IMG/VR virus record: IMGVR_UViG_3300029812_000193
Length of the DNA stretch: 64,000 nucleotides
Direction: 5' to 3' (one strand)
Source of the DNA: a virus
Within the stretch, counting starts at the first letter, position 1. Every line of letters begins with the position of its first letter. This document shows, in pieces, positions 9,688 to 21,056 of this stretch. Below the pieces are notes generated by a model. That model did not search any database. It saw only the letters and a program-made list of their open reading frames with translations, and was not told where the DNA came from. The position numbers and the translations under genes were made by a program.

Positions 9688-12525
9688 TCATAACATTTCG
9701 GCTAAGATATGATTATACACCTGCTCCCTTTCCTGCTCTGAAGCGTTGTGAGTTCCCAGTAGCTCATCTATCCTGCTTTTCAGATGCGGATAGACTACAG
9801 AGTTTTTATCCATTCTGATGAGTTCTAAATTAGCCATGCCTCTACATTTTTGTGATATCCTTTGTCTTGTTCCCCCACTTGTTGCCGAAAGGAACAGGCA
9901 CTTGGATATAATATGCGTTTGATTGCATCCCTTGCTTTGCGTCTCCACGAACTTCAAAATTTTCTTCTGCTCATCGTCCAGCGTCGATACATCGCTCAGA
10001 ATCTTCTGCTTGGTTTCCTCCAAAAAGTCCTTCTGTATTTTCTCAAGAGGCGGGACCTCGTAGGTCACCGCACCAGCAACCGTAGGGACTCTGGCTAAGA
10101 CCTCGTTGATTATCTCTTCTTTATTAATCATTGGAGTAGTTGAGGTAGGCATTTTTTGTAGGACCTTGCCCACGACCTCATCTATGTCTATTTCCTGCTC
10201 TCTTGTCTTCAGATTGAACACGTCAGAAGATATCTTGTTCACGTGCGTCGTGACATCCTGTATTTTCTTGAAGAAGTCAATTCTCAATTCGTTGATATCC
10301 TTTTTTATTGAAGTCAGGTCGACTGCACCCACTTGCACTTGCATAGGTGTGGGTGTTGATATTGTGAAGGGTGTCAAACTCTCAGGTGGTTTCACCTCAC
10401 TCACGTCCTTCCTGCCAAGTGCTATCTCCCTTGCTGTCTTCTCATCCAACCAAGAGGGTATAATATAGGCCTTTTTAGTGAACTGGGAGGTTGCCACGTA
10501 GAAGTGACCCACTCGGAGTGAGGCTATCTCGTCCGTTGTCGGCTTTTGTTTTTTAGGAATCGGCAGCTGGTCTAACGTCCTTTTTATCTCGTTTATCTCT
10601 CTCTGGTAGCCTAAAATCCAAGTGCTGATTTGTTTCAGGGGGGACTTATCAACACCCGTAATATCCTGCGAATCCAAGAATAGATAATTGTTATTTGTAG
10701 CACCCTGCCTGATAAAAGCCTCCGCATCTCTCTTTATGGGGTTTCCTCTTCCTTCAGGTAAGTACTTCCAGCATTCGGGAATGACCACAACAGTATTCCT
10801 GTGTTTTTTAAGAATCTCTTCTAAAACGCTCCCAATAACAAGGCTCTGTATCTCCTCGCTGAACCTCTCCAAATCCATGATGTTGATTCCATCTTTTAAA
10901 TCCAAGGTTTTTGAGAAAGTGGCGTACTCCAACTGGGGGATGACAATTTCCAAGTATGCTTCAAGGGTCGTCAACACGCTTCTTGTAAGCGAGCTCTTAG
11001 TCTCTGCCTTCTTCTCTCTGACATTTTTCAGTACTCCTAACAGGGAGCCTGATGGGTTGTTCTTTGTCACGTCAATTATCCAGCTTCTTTCAAATTTTAA
11101 TTTCTCTCTTAGGGTCGCTTCCAGCAGTTGACTGACAAATTGCCAATCTGAATTATGCGTTACAAAGGGTAAACCATAAGTATGAGTTTCCGTTTCAATA
11201 TTGTAGACTAATCCAGAGTATGGCACTCTTTCGATTTTTCGGACAGGATAGTAAAGATAATTAGAATCAATTTTTACGGCTCTTCTTGAGCGAACTCTTT
11301 CTCTAGGGTTGGGGAAGCCAAAATCCACAGCATAGTCACCTAAAATTTCAACAATCCATCTGCTTTTTGGATTTTTACCAAATCCTGTTTTCGGAGGGCG
11401 AGACAGAGATATATAGATAGGAATACCAATCTTGGCACCTAGAGTTACCAAACCGTAGGCTATTTGAGTGCTTGTTGTCAATCCGCTGAATCTATCAAAT
11501 GGATGGTTCTCTTTTGCCCTTACGATGCATCCATCCCCCTTTAGCCATCCTTGAATGAATCCTTTAATCTGTTCATTTGGCAATTTATACACAAAAGAGG
11601 GTATTCTCTTTATTCTTGCAGATGCCCCAAAGTTATCCTTGAAAAAACGAGCCAAAATTGGCGAGCGGATATTAACCACGATGGTTCTATCTCTCTCTTT
11701 TATTTTTGCTCTTAATTTAAATTTCCTTTCTAACATCTCCTTAATTTTTTCTGCAAGAGCCATTTCGTGATATCCTAAATTCCATACTACAGAAGAGCAG
11801 TACATATTTTTCCTTTTACTTACCCAAGAACAACCTTCTGCCAAATAAATACCAAATAGCCATGCAAGTTCGTTATCTATCTGGAGGTCTAATGGTATCT
11901 TAATTCCCGTCTTTTTTATTCCTCTTTTCCCACTTTTTATATATCCTCTAAAGTCTAGTGTTATTATCTGTTGCTCTTTTATCCTAGGAACAAGTAGATA
12001 ACATCTTTTCTGGAGTTTATCAGCCAATATCCATCTTGATTCACCAATCCCATAATGACCCTCAAAAGCTCTCCATTTTCGATGTATACGTTCGGATATT
12101 AGAATTGGATGATTTGGAGTCATTCTCACAGGAGGCATCCCCAATGGTTTGACTTCTATTAAATCACCATCATATTCATTTTGAAAGGTATGTGTGATTC
12201 TAGTGAACTCTCCCTCACTATCAAGAACTTTATCACCCACATTTAAATCCTCAATAGATTTCAGCTCAGGATTGCATATGACCAATGTTTTTGGAGGTAA
12301 ACATCGTTCTTTGAAATATGGTGGTATGAGGGTCCCCTCGGTAATCCCTTTTTCACCAATCTTTGTTCTGAATATGACGGCTTTGAACCCCCCTCTTTTG
12401 ATTAATGCCTGTAGTGTTGTTGTCTTTCCGCTCTCCTGAGTGATTCCAGTGACGATTAAATGTGTTGGGGTAATTTCCACGCTCTCCCCCGTTCCAACTT
12501 CATAACCCAATAAAACTCTTTTCAT
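9688..12525 (-). CDS. HerA/FtsK-like P-loop ATPase interrupted by an intein, with C-terminal coiled-coil/wHTH region
   Basis: Walker A GITQESGKTT, Walker B VVVIPECW, DSQDITGVDK and ILGYQ motifs. Confidence 0.82.
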   Translation of the reverse strand: MKRVLLGYEVGTGESVEITPTHLIVTGITQESGKTTTLQALIKRGGFKAVIFRTKIGEKGITEGTLIPPYFKERCLPPKTLVICNPELKSIEDLNVGDKVLDSEGEFTRITHTFQNEYDGDLIEVKPLGMPPVRMTPNHPILISERIHRKWRAFEGHYGIGESRWILADKLQKRCYLLVPRIKEQQIITLDFRGYIKSGKRGIKKTGIKIPLDLQIDNELAWLFGIYLAEGCSWVSKRKNMYCSSVVWNLGYHEMALAEKIKEMLERKFKLRAKIKERDRTIVVNIRSPILARFFKDNFGASARIKRIPSFVYKLPNEQIKGFIQGWLKGDGCIVRAKENHPFDRFSGLTTSTQIAYGLVTLGAKIGIPIYISLSRPPKTGFGKNPKSRWIVEILGDYAVDFGFPNPRERVRSRRAVKIDSNYLYYPVRKIERVPYSGLVYNIETETHTYGLPFVTHNSDWQFVSQLLEATLREKLKFERSWIIDVTKNNPSGSLLGVLKNVREKKAETKSSLTRSVLTTLEAYLEIVIPQLEYATFSKTLDLKDGINIMDLERFSEEIQSLVIGSVLEEILKKHRNTVVVIPECWKYLPEGRGNPIKRDAEAFIRQGATNNNYLFLDSQDITGVDKSPLKQISTWILGYQREINEIKRTLDQLPIPKKQKPTTDEIASLRVGHFYVATSQFTKKAYIIPSWLDEKTAREIALGRKDVSEVKPPESLTPFTISTPTPMQVQVGAVDLTSIKKDINELRIDFFKKIQDVTTHVNKISSDVFNLKTREQEIDIDEVVGKVLQKMPTSTTPMINKEEIINEVLARVPTVAGAVTYEVPPLEKIQKDFLEETKQKILSDVSTLDDEQKKILKFVETQSKGCNQTHIISKCLFLSATSGGTRQRISQKCRGMANLELIRMDKNSVVYPHLKSRIDELLGTHNASEQEREQVYNHILAEML
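11152..12303 (-). mobile_element. Intein (384 aa) with LAGLIDADG endonuclease
   Basis: Begins CLPPKT at residue 75, ends VYNIETETHTY...VTHN followed by Ser; internal LFGIYLAEG and FIQGWLKGDG. Confidence 0.92.
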
Positions 12526-12879
12526 GTTGACCTCTACCTTTCCAATAATGCTCCGTGCACGAATACGTATCTTTTATCTCTCCTGCGTTCCTTCTCGGTA
12601 TTGCTACCTTTCTGTCGAGGGTTTTTTCGCTTCATCGTGACCGTTCTCTCAATCACAATGTCGCCCTCTTCGGGCTTGAGTTCTGCGACTATGGCTCGCT
12701 TAGGTATTCTTCTCCTCTCCTCAACTGACCTGCCTTTGCCCTTCAATATGTACGTTACCATTTTTTATTCCTCACTTTTCACGAATCTCGCTGGCTGCGT
12801 GGTTATAGGATGAGTTTTATCCGTTCTGGATTTTCTGCGAGACATCCTCAAATCCATTCACAGCCTTTAACGTCCGTGA

Positions 12880-12951
12880 TGGCTGCCGTAGGATTTGAAC
12901 CCACATTAGCGGTTTTGGAGACCGCCGTGCTTGCCGTTGCACCAAACAGCC
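12880..12951 (-). tRNA. tRNA-Trp (CCA), intronless
   Basis: Acceptor GGCTGTT/GGCAGCC; anticodon arm GCGGT-CTCCAAA-ACCGC; T arm GTGGG-TTCAAAT-CCTAC; CCA end not encoded. Confidence 0.9.
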
Positions 12952-13188
12952 AGTTGCAGGGCAACCCGTGCCGAGGGGATAGTCAAGGCACGGGTCACCC
13001 AAGTTTAGACGTCCACGTCCCCAATCATCATTATGTTTCATCATCGTCAAATTTCCCGTATCAGTCATGGCCCCACCACCGTTATCTCCACTCCAAGCTT
13101 TTTCGCCAGTTTTTTCAATGCTATCTTGCTCCCAGGGTGTCTGTCGAAGCACTCGTCTGGACAGACCGTCTTCGTGCACGTTTCACAA

Positions 13189-13377
13189 TCACGATTGGTC
13201 ATGTTTTGGCTCCCGAGGACGTACTTCTGCTGGTACTATTTTCCAACTTGTGTCCTCCAATCGTGCAATAACATAATCCCCTACATCTATGCCCAGTTTT
13301 TTCCGAACCTCGCTTGGTATGGTAATCCTGTATCCATCTAAAACCTTCAGAACATGTGCACCATGGATAGTCTTCAT
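13189..13377 (-). CDS. AbrB/MazE/SpoVT-type DNA-binding protein
   Basis: GYRITIPSEVRKKLGIDVGDYV. Confidence 0.78.
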   Translation of the reverse strand: MKTIHGAHVLKVLDGYRITIPSEVRKKLGIDVGDYVIARLEDTSWKIVPAEVRPREPKHDQS

Positions 13378-14159
13378 GTTTTCGGCTCCTTGAATGCTCC
13401 GATTGTAGTCGAACCTGCTATACCAAAGTGATAAGTTATCTTGTTGTCTCTGCTTGGAATCTCTCTAAAAATAAAAACACCAAGTTTTCCGAGTTGTTCC
13501 TGCTCCTCACGACTAAGCTCAGCACAAGTTATCCTGAAATCACTGAACTGCGAGAATGTTGAGAAACTGAAATCGTGTCTTATTCTATTTAAGTTTTCAA
13601 GCAAGACATCAACCCTCATCTCTTCGGCTCCTTTTTCCACTCTACTTTTCCTTGTTTATACCCATGTGCCATGGCTAACACAAGAGCATCTGCTTCAAAA
13701 TCCAGAAAATTATCCAGACTCTCGCCATCAAGGTACTCTCTACTTCCGTCTTCGAATTCTCTTATTACTTTTACTATCTTTAATTTCTTCATCTTCACCA
13801 ACCCTACTCCTTTCCTATCACGACTTTCCGCTCATCAGAGAAGTTATCGCCACATATAGGACAGCCCTCCGCTTCATCGCTAAGACTGGTCATCGGGAAT
13901 CGGCAATCCTCACACAGATAGAATTCAGTTTCGCCTATCGAAACGGACTCCGCCACTAAGAATCCAGGGTCGTGCGTCACTAGCGTACTTGCAGGCTCTG
14001 GAAGTTCGTAGAGTAACACGTCTATAAATTTGGGACTGACATCGGACCACGCATGTATCTGTGCAACCACTCGCATAGTCTCAGCAGGGTCATGTCCGAG
14101 ACCGCTTTTTCTGATTTCGTTCCGTAGTTGTCTCATCCTTTTTTTGAACTCTTCTTTTT

Positions 14160-14834
14160 TCATCTTATCCGTGCCCCTAACTCACCATTTAAAGGATACT
14201 CTTTTATCTCCTCGTTCCAATCCAGATTGTCCTTCAGGAAGACGGCTATGTCCAGCTCCCTTGCCCGCTCGATGAGGTGTTCGACCCACTCACACTCTGG
14301 TTGTACGTTTGGTCTACTCTGTGCTCCGATGACAAGCCAGTTAATTCCTGTGATGTCGTTGATTGGTTCGTACAAAGGCTCGCAGGAGGCGAACTTGACT
14401 TTGGCGTTGCTCTCCCTGAGTTTGGTGATTCGCCAGACATCGTCATGCGTGTTGACCGTGACACCGAGCCAGACGTTGGGGGGCCAGTCGAACTTGGGAA
14501 TATTTTGAGCCTGTTTTGTCAGGCAGATGAACGTATGCCAGTGTGCTCTCCTCATAACGTCAAGAACGGCCAGGGTCATCCACCTCGGAACACCCAAAAT
14601 ATCCGCCATAAAGCACGTGCATATTCTTGCAGACTTTTTGCGTTTCAGGGGAGCATCAAGCCTCTCTGGATGCAGGTGCGGGATGAAGTCGTAGCACAGG
14701 TTGCACCTGTGCTTCTGGCGTTTGGCCTGCCCCATCGCCCAGCACACGCCCCGTGCCCTCACCTTGCAACCGTAACCGTAACAGCCGACTATCGGATTCC
14801 AATTAGGCGGGTTGCAGTACTCTATTTTTCCCAT
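14160..14834 (-). CDS. DUF5131 (phage Gp37/Gp68-like) family protein
   Basis: WNPIVGC, FMADI, HTFICLTKQ, NVWLGVTV, KFASCEPL, INWLVIGAQS, VFLKDNL. Confidence 0.85.
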   Translation of the reverse strand: MGKIEYCNPPNWNPIVGCYGYGCKVRARGVCWAMGQAKRQKHRCNLCYDFIPHLHPERLDAPLKRKKSARICTCFMADILGVPRWMTLAVLDVMRRAHWHTFICLTKQAQNIPKFDWPPNVWLGVTVNTHDDVWRITKLRESNAKVKFASCEPLYEPINDITGINWLVIGAQSRPNVQPECEWVEHLIERARELDIAVFLKDNLDWNEEIKEYPLNGELGARIR

Positions 14835-15828
14835 TCTATCCTCTCTTTATTTCCGTCCAAGCATCATTATTCTGCTCTCACTGTCTAACATGCCTTTACC
14901 GCAAGCGATAAGACCCAATGCTAAGCCCATTACCCACGTGCAGTTAACACAACGGTCATCTTCGTATCCCTGACCGCACTTGCCCTTTTTATATAAATCC
15001 TTCTTCTCCGTCATCTCAGCCTCCCTCTACTGTCGCTTTGTGTTCTTTAGCACGCCTACACTCATTACGGTCGTCATGACGATAATCACAGGCAACCCCC
15101 GTAAGTGTACACATATCACGTGTTCCGTGGCGATGGCGATGTAGATGGATGCATTTGGCCTTCACGATATCTCTCATAATTTGTTCCGACTGCTTGCACG
15201 TATGCATGAACGCCCCTTCCCATGCTGCCTTCTTGGTCATGCCTCTGTCAATATAGATATCATAACCAACACGGCTCCAACCAACGGCCCCCCGCTTCTT
15301 GATTTCCTCTCTGGTTGGGGGTATGTTGTATGTCTTGCTCATCTCAGCCCCTCCCCAGTTGCTGTGATGAAATGGTAGTCGCAACGTTTACAATACATGA
15401 GATGTACCTCGATTATGCGAGCCTCCTTCCAGAACCAACGATTAAAATACATGTAGAACATGTCCGTGTACACATGCTTTGAAAAGTCCCCACACAAGGG
15501 GCAGTGGGCTTTCATGGTTTCACCTTCTCCTCGACCTTTACCTTTTCACGTCTTTTAAATTCATCACATCCGCGGGCAACAGCACTCCGCCTCGATGACT
15601 TATGCGGACACGAACCATCGAACAATCTTCCACAACTCCAGCATATGTTTTCGGTCTCGCAAGGGACTTCCACCCCCGCTACTCCATCAAATAATGGGCA
15701 ATCGTGCTGTCGGTTTGGCGGAAACGCTAAAAGACATGCTCCCTTCTTTGCGCGTGGGCAACCATACGTACCGTCTGGTTCAAGAAAGGCGTTTCTGCAA
15801 GTATTGTACCACTGGTTTGATTTAAGCA

Positions 15829-15996
15829 CTATACCACTCGCTCGCTCTTCTTTATGACGATTCTGTCTCGTTCAGCAGACACTTCGACATAGTCACCAGG
15901 CTTAAAGCCAGCAGTTGCTAATTCGTCCCGACTGAATGTTAATTGTGCTCCAGCAGTCTGAGCTCTTCTCATCAACTTTTTTCTTCTCCAAGTCAT
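15829..15996 (-). CDS. AbrB-like small protein (not in the ORF track)
   Basis: MTWRRKKLMRRAQTAGAQLTFSRDELATAGFKPGDYVEVSAERDRIVIKK. Confidence 0.5.
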   Translation of the reverse strand: MTWRRKKLMRRAQTAGAQLTFSRDELATAGFKPGDYVEVSAERDRIVIKKSERVV

Positions 15997-16873
15997 CTGT
16001 ATATCACTCCTATTTCATTCAAATAACATATGGATTGTAGGCATATATAATCTTTTCGTATGTTTTGTGGGTGTTTTGTAATTGCCATACAAAAAACATC
16101 TATACAACATCTATTAGAGAGGGTGTAAAATCATCTAGAACTTGAAACATCAATCTGACTGGTTAATGAATGACCGATGTTAATAGTTACAACATCTAAC
16201 TAGGATGCACTTGTATGTTAAATGAATGGCTGAAAAATCATAGGCAGCTTAAAAAGTGAAAAAATATTCCACACTCATACAGAATAAGTGGGCCAATACG
16301 TGTAAACCCCTTCTTGAAGGCATATGTTGTCCTGAAGAACAACATTTTGAACGAAAAGCAGGGAGTTTGACCTAACAAAATGGCACAAACGACATTTTGT
16401 GTCATATCTTTGGAAAAAATTGTGGATACATTTCCAAGGAATAAAAAAGAAGAACAAAAACAGAGATAAATACCATTAGTACCTTTGCAGGATTGTATGC
16501 TATGATAAGCATAAAAAGGCTAGCTATAACCCATATAACTAATACATAAAGTATGCCCTTCTTTGTGTTTTCTTCCATGGTCCTCTTGTTAAAACAAGTG
16601 TGCCTTTTATTTAATAAAGCTTTTCGCTATTAAAATTTCCCTTAATAAGCCAGAGAAATGGTCGTGGGGCTTTCCACAAAGAACGTTGCCATATGCCGCT
16701 CTCTATGTAGTTCGACCCACCGTACACAATAGCAAGCCTACAGTCCTGTGCGGACTTGCCCCGCTCCATCACTGCTATGGCTATATTTAAAACTTTCCAC
16801 GATTTGTTTGCTTAAAGGATTTGCTTTAACGATTTCCTTAACGCCCTTCTTTAAACCATTTCTTTAATGTTTT

Positions 16874-17106
16874 CTCACACATGGGTGAAGGCCATCTCAT
16901 ACTCAGAATACCACCACGTATTTCCACCAATTTCTCACAGGTGGGCGAATGAATCTTCTTGGAGCCGTCGAATAAAACACGTAGCATCGACCTTGCTGAA
17001 GACAGTTAAAATATAGGGACCTAGGTATGAACTACAACCCTCATCTATTGGTTCGCCTGATGAAGTTAAAAAACTAGTTAGGTAATCCTTATCACACGTG
17101 GGCGAA
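16874..17106 (-). repeat. Three copies of the 17-bp box in reverse orientation
   Basis: At 16874, 16934 and 17091. Confidence 0.95.
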
Positions 17107-17220
17107 ATCTGGGGTTTTTCTTTTTTGTTTTTGCGTGTTTTTGCATAGCTCCGCTTCACCTGTATTTTTGATAAAATTCACTAAAAGGAAAACGAAAAGT
17201 CGCAGAATAGTATCATTGCA

Positions 17221-17700
17221 TTAATACAATAGTGTTATGGAGCTGTCGAGAATCGAACTCGAAGCCTTCTCGTTTCTTGACTGCCTTTTTTTGGGGGTTA
17301 TTTGCTCCCAAGACAATCCCATAAATTTCATACACCAATGAACACTTTTGTGGCACTTGTAACAGAGTCGCACATATTTGTCCGAATTTTGTTCTAATTC
17401 AGATATGAGATTTCTTTTGGGTAAGTTCGGCAGTGATGAGTGTTTCTTTCCATCTTTTCTGTGTGCTTGTAATCTAATCACACAACCACAGAAGAAACAA
17501 TCACTGCCAATTTTTTTACCTATAATATCTCGTTTCCTTTGTCTTATGAGTCTATTCTGTATTTTTTTAAGCCTTTGTGTTCGTTCATATTTTTCTTTTG
17601 GTGTAAGTACGGGTTTCGTCTTGGTCTCTAACCCCGCTTTCTTTCGGAGATACCAGTTGTGTTGGTATTCCTTTTGAACCCGTTTATCTTTAAATACCAC
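17221..17700 (-). CDS. HNH-like endonuclease
   Basis: CFFCG...LQAHR...VRLCYKCHKSVH. Confidence 0.5.
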   Translation of the reverse strand: MVFKDKRVQKEYQHNWYLRKKAGLETKTKPVLTPKEKYERTQRLKKIQNRLIRQRKRDIIGKKIGSDCFFCGCVIRLQAHRKDGKKHSSLPNLPKRNLISELEQNSDKYVRLCYKCHKSVHWCMKFMGLSWEQITPKKRQSRNEKASSSILDSSITLLY

Positions 17701-18889
17701 ATATTAAAGATGTTGTTGGTTCTATTTAATGATTTGGTTTGCATGCAAGCGAGATGTTCTACCATTGGCACTACAGCCCCTCTTCCCACTCACTCCAAGC
17801 TTTGCATCTATATTTTTTTCCTCCGAGCTTAAAATCGTATTTACGCCCTCTCGAAACTGTTATACGAGCCAGTTCTTCTTCTGTGACAGGATGGCAAATT
17901 CCTAGTTCTGCCTGAAGTTCCCTGCTCTGACGCAGTGCAACCCTGTCCCTGTATATGGGGGATTCAATATCCTCAAGGCTAGTGGTTGCATCGATGAAGG
18001 CATCTATAAAGTCGTATTTGTATTCCCTGTCAACTCCAAGTTTCCAGTCAATCTCTTCCCGTAATTGTGGTCTTGTCTTCAGTAGAGTTTCAATTTTTTC
18101 GATGGCGTCCTGCCTTTTCATCTTACGCTCCTTTCCTTGGCACAGTTCAACGTCTTACCATCTACGGAACATGTTACTGGTTCAACGAAGATATAGGTAT
18201 ACCTGCCGTGAAGACCTAACTCTCCCCGCAAACTGAAGTCCGCCTCATATCTGCCATTAGCATCTATCCTAATGCTTGAAATATCCTTTGGCGATAGAGT
18301 GACTACATTTATTACTTCACGTTCTCCGATGCCCAAATTGATGTGTGGCCTCTCTGGCTCTGGCTCGGTTATTATGGTTACCGTCCTGACGTTTTTATAG
18401 TTTTCACACATTTCCTAAATCCCGCTTTCAATTGCACCACAATGGCAAAGGAGTGGGCGTGGATTTCCACCATATCAACTTTCGGGGGAACGGGAACTAC
18501 CTACGTTGACACGGATACGCCCGATACCGTGCTGGTGCAGGATTCGGCGAGTTACGATAGACCCCAGTTTCATGCCATCGCTCATGTCCTTAATCCCTTT
18601 CCGATGATGGTGATGGTTGGGCTGGACTAATCACCCTTCTCTTTTTTCCAGCCGTCTATATCGCAAACCATCACACTGATGCCTTCACGGTCCTCCATAT
18701 TACAATGTCTAACCCAAAAGCCAATTAATTCTGGTGATACGTCCTCATAGTCATGTGGGTCGTCCACATTCCTTATTTGGCTTAGTCGTTCGTCTATAAA
18801 ATATTCCTTTCCATCTATCTTCAATCTTTTTAATGCTATGGCCATGCACAGCCACCTCTTTTTTCAATTATGCACCCTTCAGATGGCGA

Positions 18890-19300
18890 TGGTTGGGCTG
18901 GACACGTTTTTATTTTTGTCGATATTCTTTCGGAGGAAAGAATACGGAATTTGGTGTGCCCAGCCCGAAGCCCCGTCCCCAGCCTATAGAGGGGATGAGA
19001 TTAAACGGGGCTGGAGCGACGCGTTCTCATTCTACTCGGTTATTTCACACCCTTTATCCTTGTACCGCAACCCTTTAGGCTGGGTCACCGCCTACGGATT
19101 AGCTCGTCAGCGACACCGAGTGGCGAGGAGATTTTAACTCCTTCTTTCCCCTTGAGCAAGGTTTATTACGATGCTTTTACCCTTTCGAGCTCCAACCCCT
19201 ATCTTGGGTGGGATTTTAAGTGTTGGGGTGCTAGGCCAACCTCCGATGAGAGATTGGCCCGTGTGGCATAGCCTCTGCCCTAATCAAGCTCTCGCCAAGA
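18890..19300 (-). ncRNA. Candidate large structured ncRNA of unknown family
   Basis: About ten helices, several perfect 7-9 bp long-range pairings, one crossing pair (pseudoknot), G-U pairs favouring the minus strand. Confidence 0.55.
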
Positions 19301-20383
19301 TTATGTAAGGTTACGGGTTCTTAAGCTTTTCGGCTCGCACCTCGCACTCCACATATAACCGATTTGTCCACAACCAGCGAATTGATTATATCGTTGAAAT
19401 AATCCAATATATTGCCCTGAATCGGGTCTACACCGATAACCCTGAATGGTGAAGCACCGTAAACAATCTTAGCGTATCCTCTGTAATTGAACGTTTCTGG
19501 CAGCTCTTCAAGCTTCCCTAGAACTTCTTGCTGTGCGACAGGAGATAGTTCAGATACCTTTTTAATCTTGATTTCATAAATTCCTTCTTCACTCATACTC
19601 AACCCCCTCAATCGGGATGAAACCTCGACATGGTATGAGTGCCATTCCAAGAGTAAGTCGAAGTGCACGGTCCATGAAACCATCGGGACTTTTTGCATAA
19701 CACTCCATCTTCCCACACGTCAGACACGACTTCTTGACGGTCATGTTCTCGGCTGCCAGACCCCTCTCGTCTTCTTTCTTTTTTTGTTTTAATCTCTGTC
19801 TCGTCTTTTCACTAAGGTATCTCATCTGCTCACGGCTCCTGTTCTAACAATCTGACGGGTTCCAGAATCTTTATGAGTCTCTCTGCTACTATCACCTTCA
19901 ATTCAATTGGAGTTATGACACCACCCATAAAACCTTCTTTTAGGGCTTGGTATTGTTGGTCATCCCAATCACATACTAACTTGGCACACTGCAAAACCGT
20001 ATTTCCTCTTTCTACTTCATCCCATCCATCGTCTGCCATCACCCTCACCCCCCCTCTTTTAAAACAAACTCACTAAAATTCACACAACCGTCTTCATAGT
20101 CTGCTAATTCGTCAATCAACGCACATCGCCCCTCAACTTGTATCTTCGCAAGTGGACGGTATCCAAGAGGAACATACCAAGCACATTTCTTGCATTTTTC
20201 GGGCATTGATGATGTCATCTCAGCCTCTCCTCTTCGAGTTTTGAGATGCTGTCTTTAAATGGACAATCAGGACATCCAAGATTTCCATTCTCACAATCCT
20301 CTGCTTCATCACCATTAAAACCCCATTTTTCCGCAGTTGTAAGACAAAGAAGAAAATTTGCGTCTTCCTCTTTTCCAATATCA

Positions 20384-21056
20384 TCCGCCATCATCTATGC
20401 CCCCTTGGTGTGGTCTTTAATATATTTCTGATACCATTTCTTATACTCCTTAGGAAAAAACCAACTTCCTATGGGGTCGTTTTTCCATTGCCTTGCCTCT
20501 TTGTTTCCACAATTCTCGCATTCCCAATAAATCCCCCTTGCCTTTAACAACCCATTGCAACATTTTGGACAAATCGGCTTATGTTGGTGCATTCTCTCAA
20601 ATTTGTTCAACTTCTCGTCCGCCATCATCTATGCCTCCTTGATATATTCTGCCCATTCATCTTCATCCATTAAATCGTCATTCGTCTTGGCTGTGCAATC
20701 CTCTGGTTTCATACCAATTTCAGGATACATCGCCTCAATTATGCAATGCCCTTCTAATTGACATTCACAGTCCAGATTGCACTCTTTTAAGATATCCGCC
20801 ATCATCTAGCTCCCTTGGACTTCTCCAAATCTTCCAAATACGCACAAATACATAGTGGGCTGTCACAAGTTATCCGTGCAGTTTCTCTATGATTAATCGG
20901 TGGCATTATCCCACAAGTTTTATAATCAACTTTTTCCGCACAATAGTAACACTGCATATTATCCAATGAAATGTCCAATGCTTTTAATAGCAATTTTCGC
21001 TCTTCATGCCCTAAAGTTTGAACCTCAATCTCCGCCATCATCTAACGCCCCCTTGG
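20384..21056 (-). repeat. Four copies of a roughly 25-bp gene-junction repeat (minus-strand consensus CCAAGGGGGCATAGATGATGGCGGA)
   Basis: Copies at 20384-20408, 20618-20641, 20795-20818 and 21031-21056, each combining RBS, stop and ATGATGGCGGA start. Confidence 0.85.

Noticed and set aside
13025-13044. Two ATGATGA box-C-like motifs on the minus strand (C/D sRNA or TIGR-like)
   Set aside because: The only nearby CTGA is upstream rather than downstream, and there is no array periodicity
19095-19115. CTGACGAG on the minus strand as a hammerhead core
   Set aside because: No GAAA follows a stem II
18838-19137. 99-aa ORF in the supplied track
   Set aside because: The listed protein reads on the plus strand despite the minus label, looks non-proteinaceous and overlaps the structured RNA candidate
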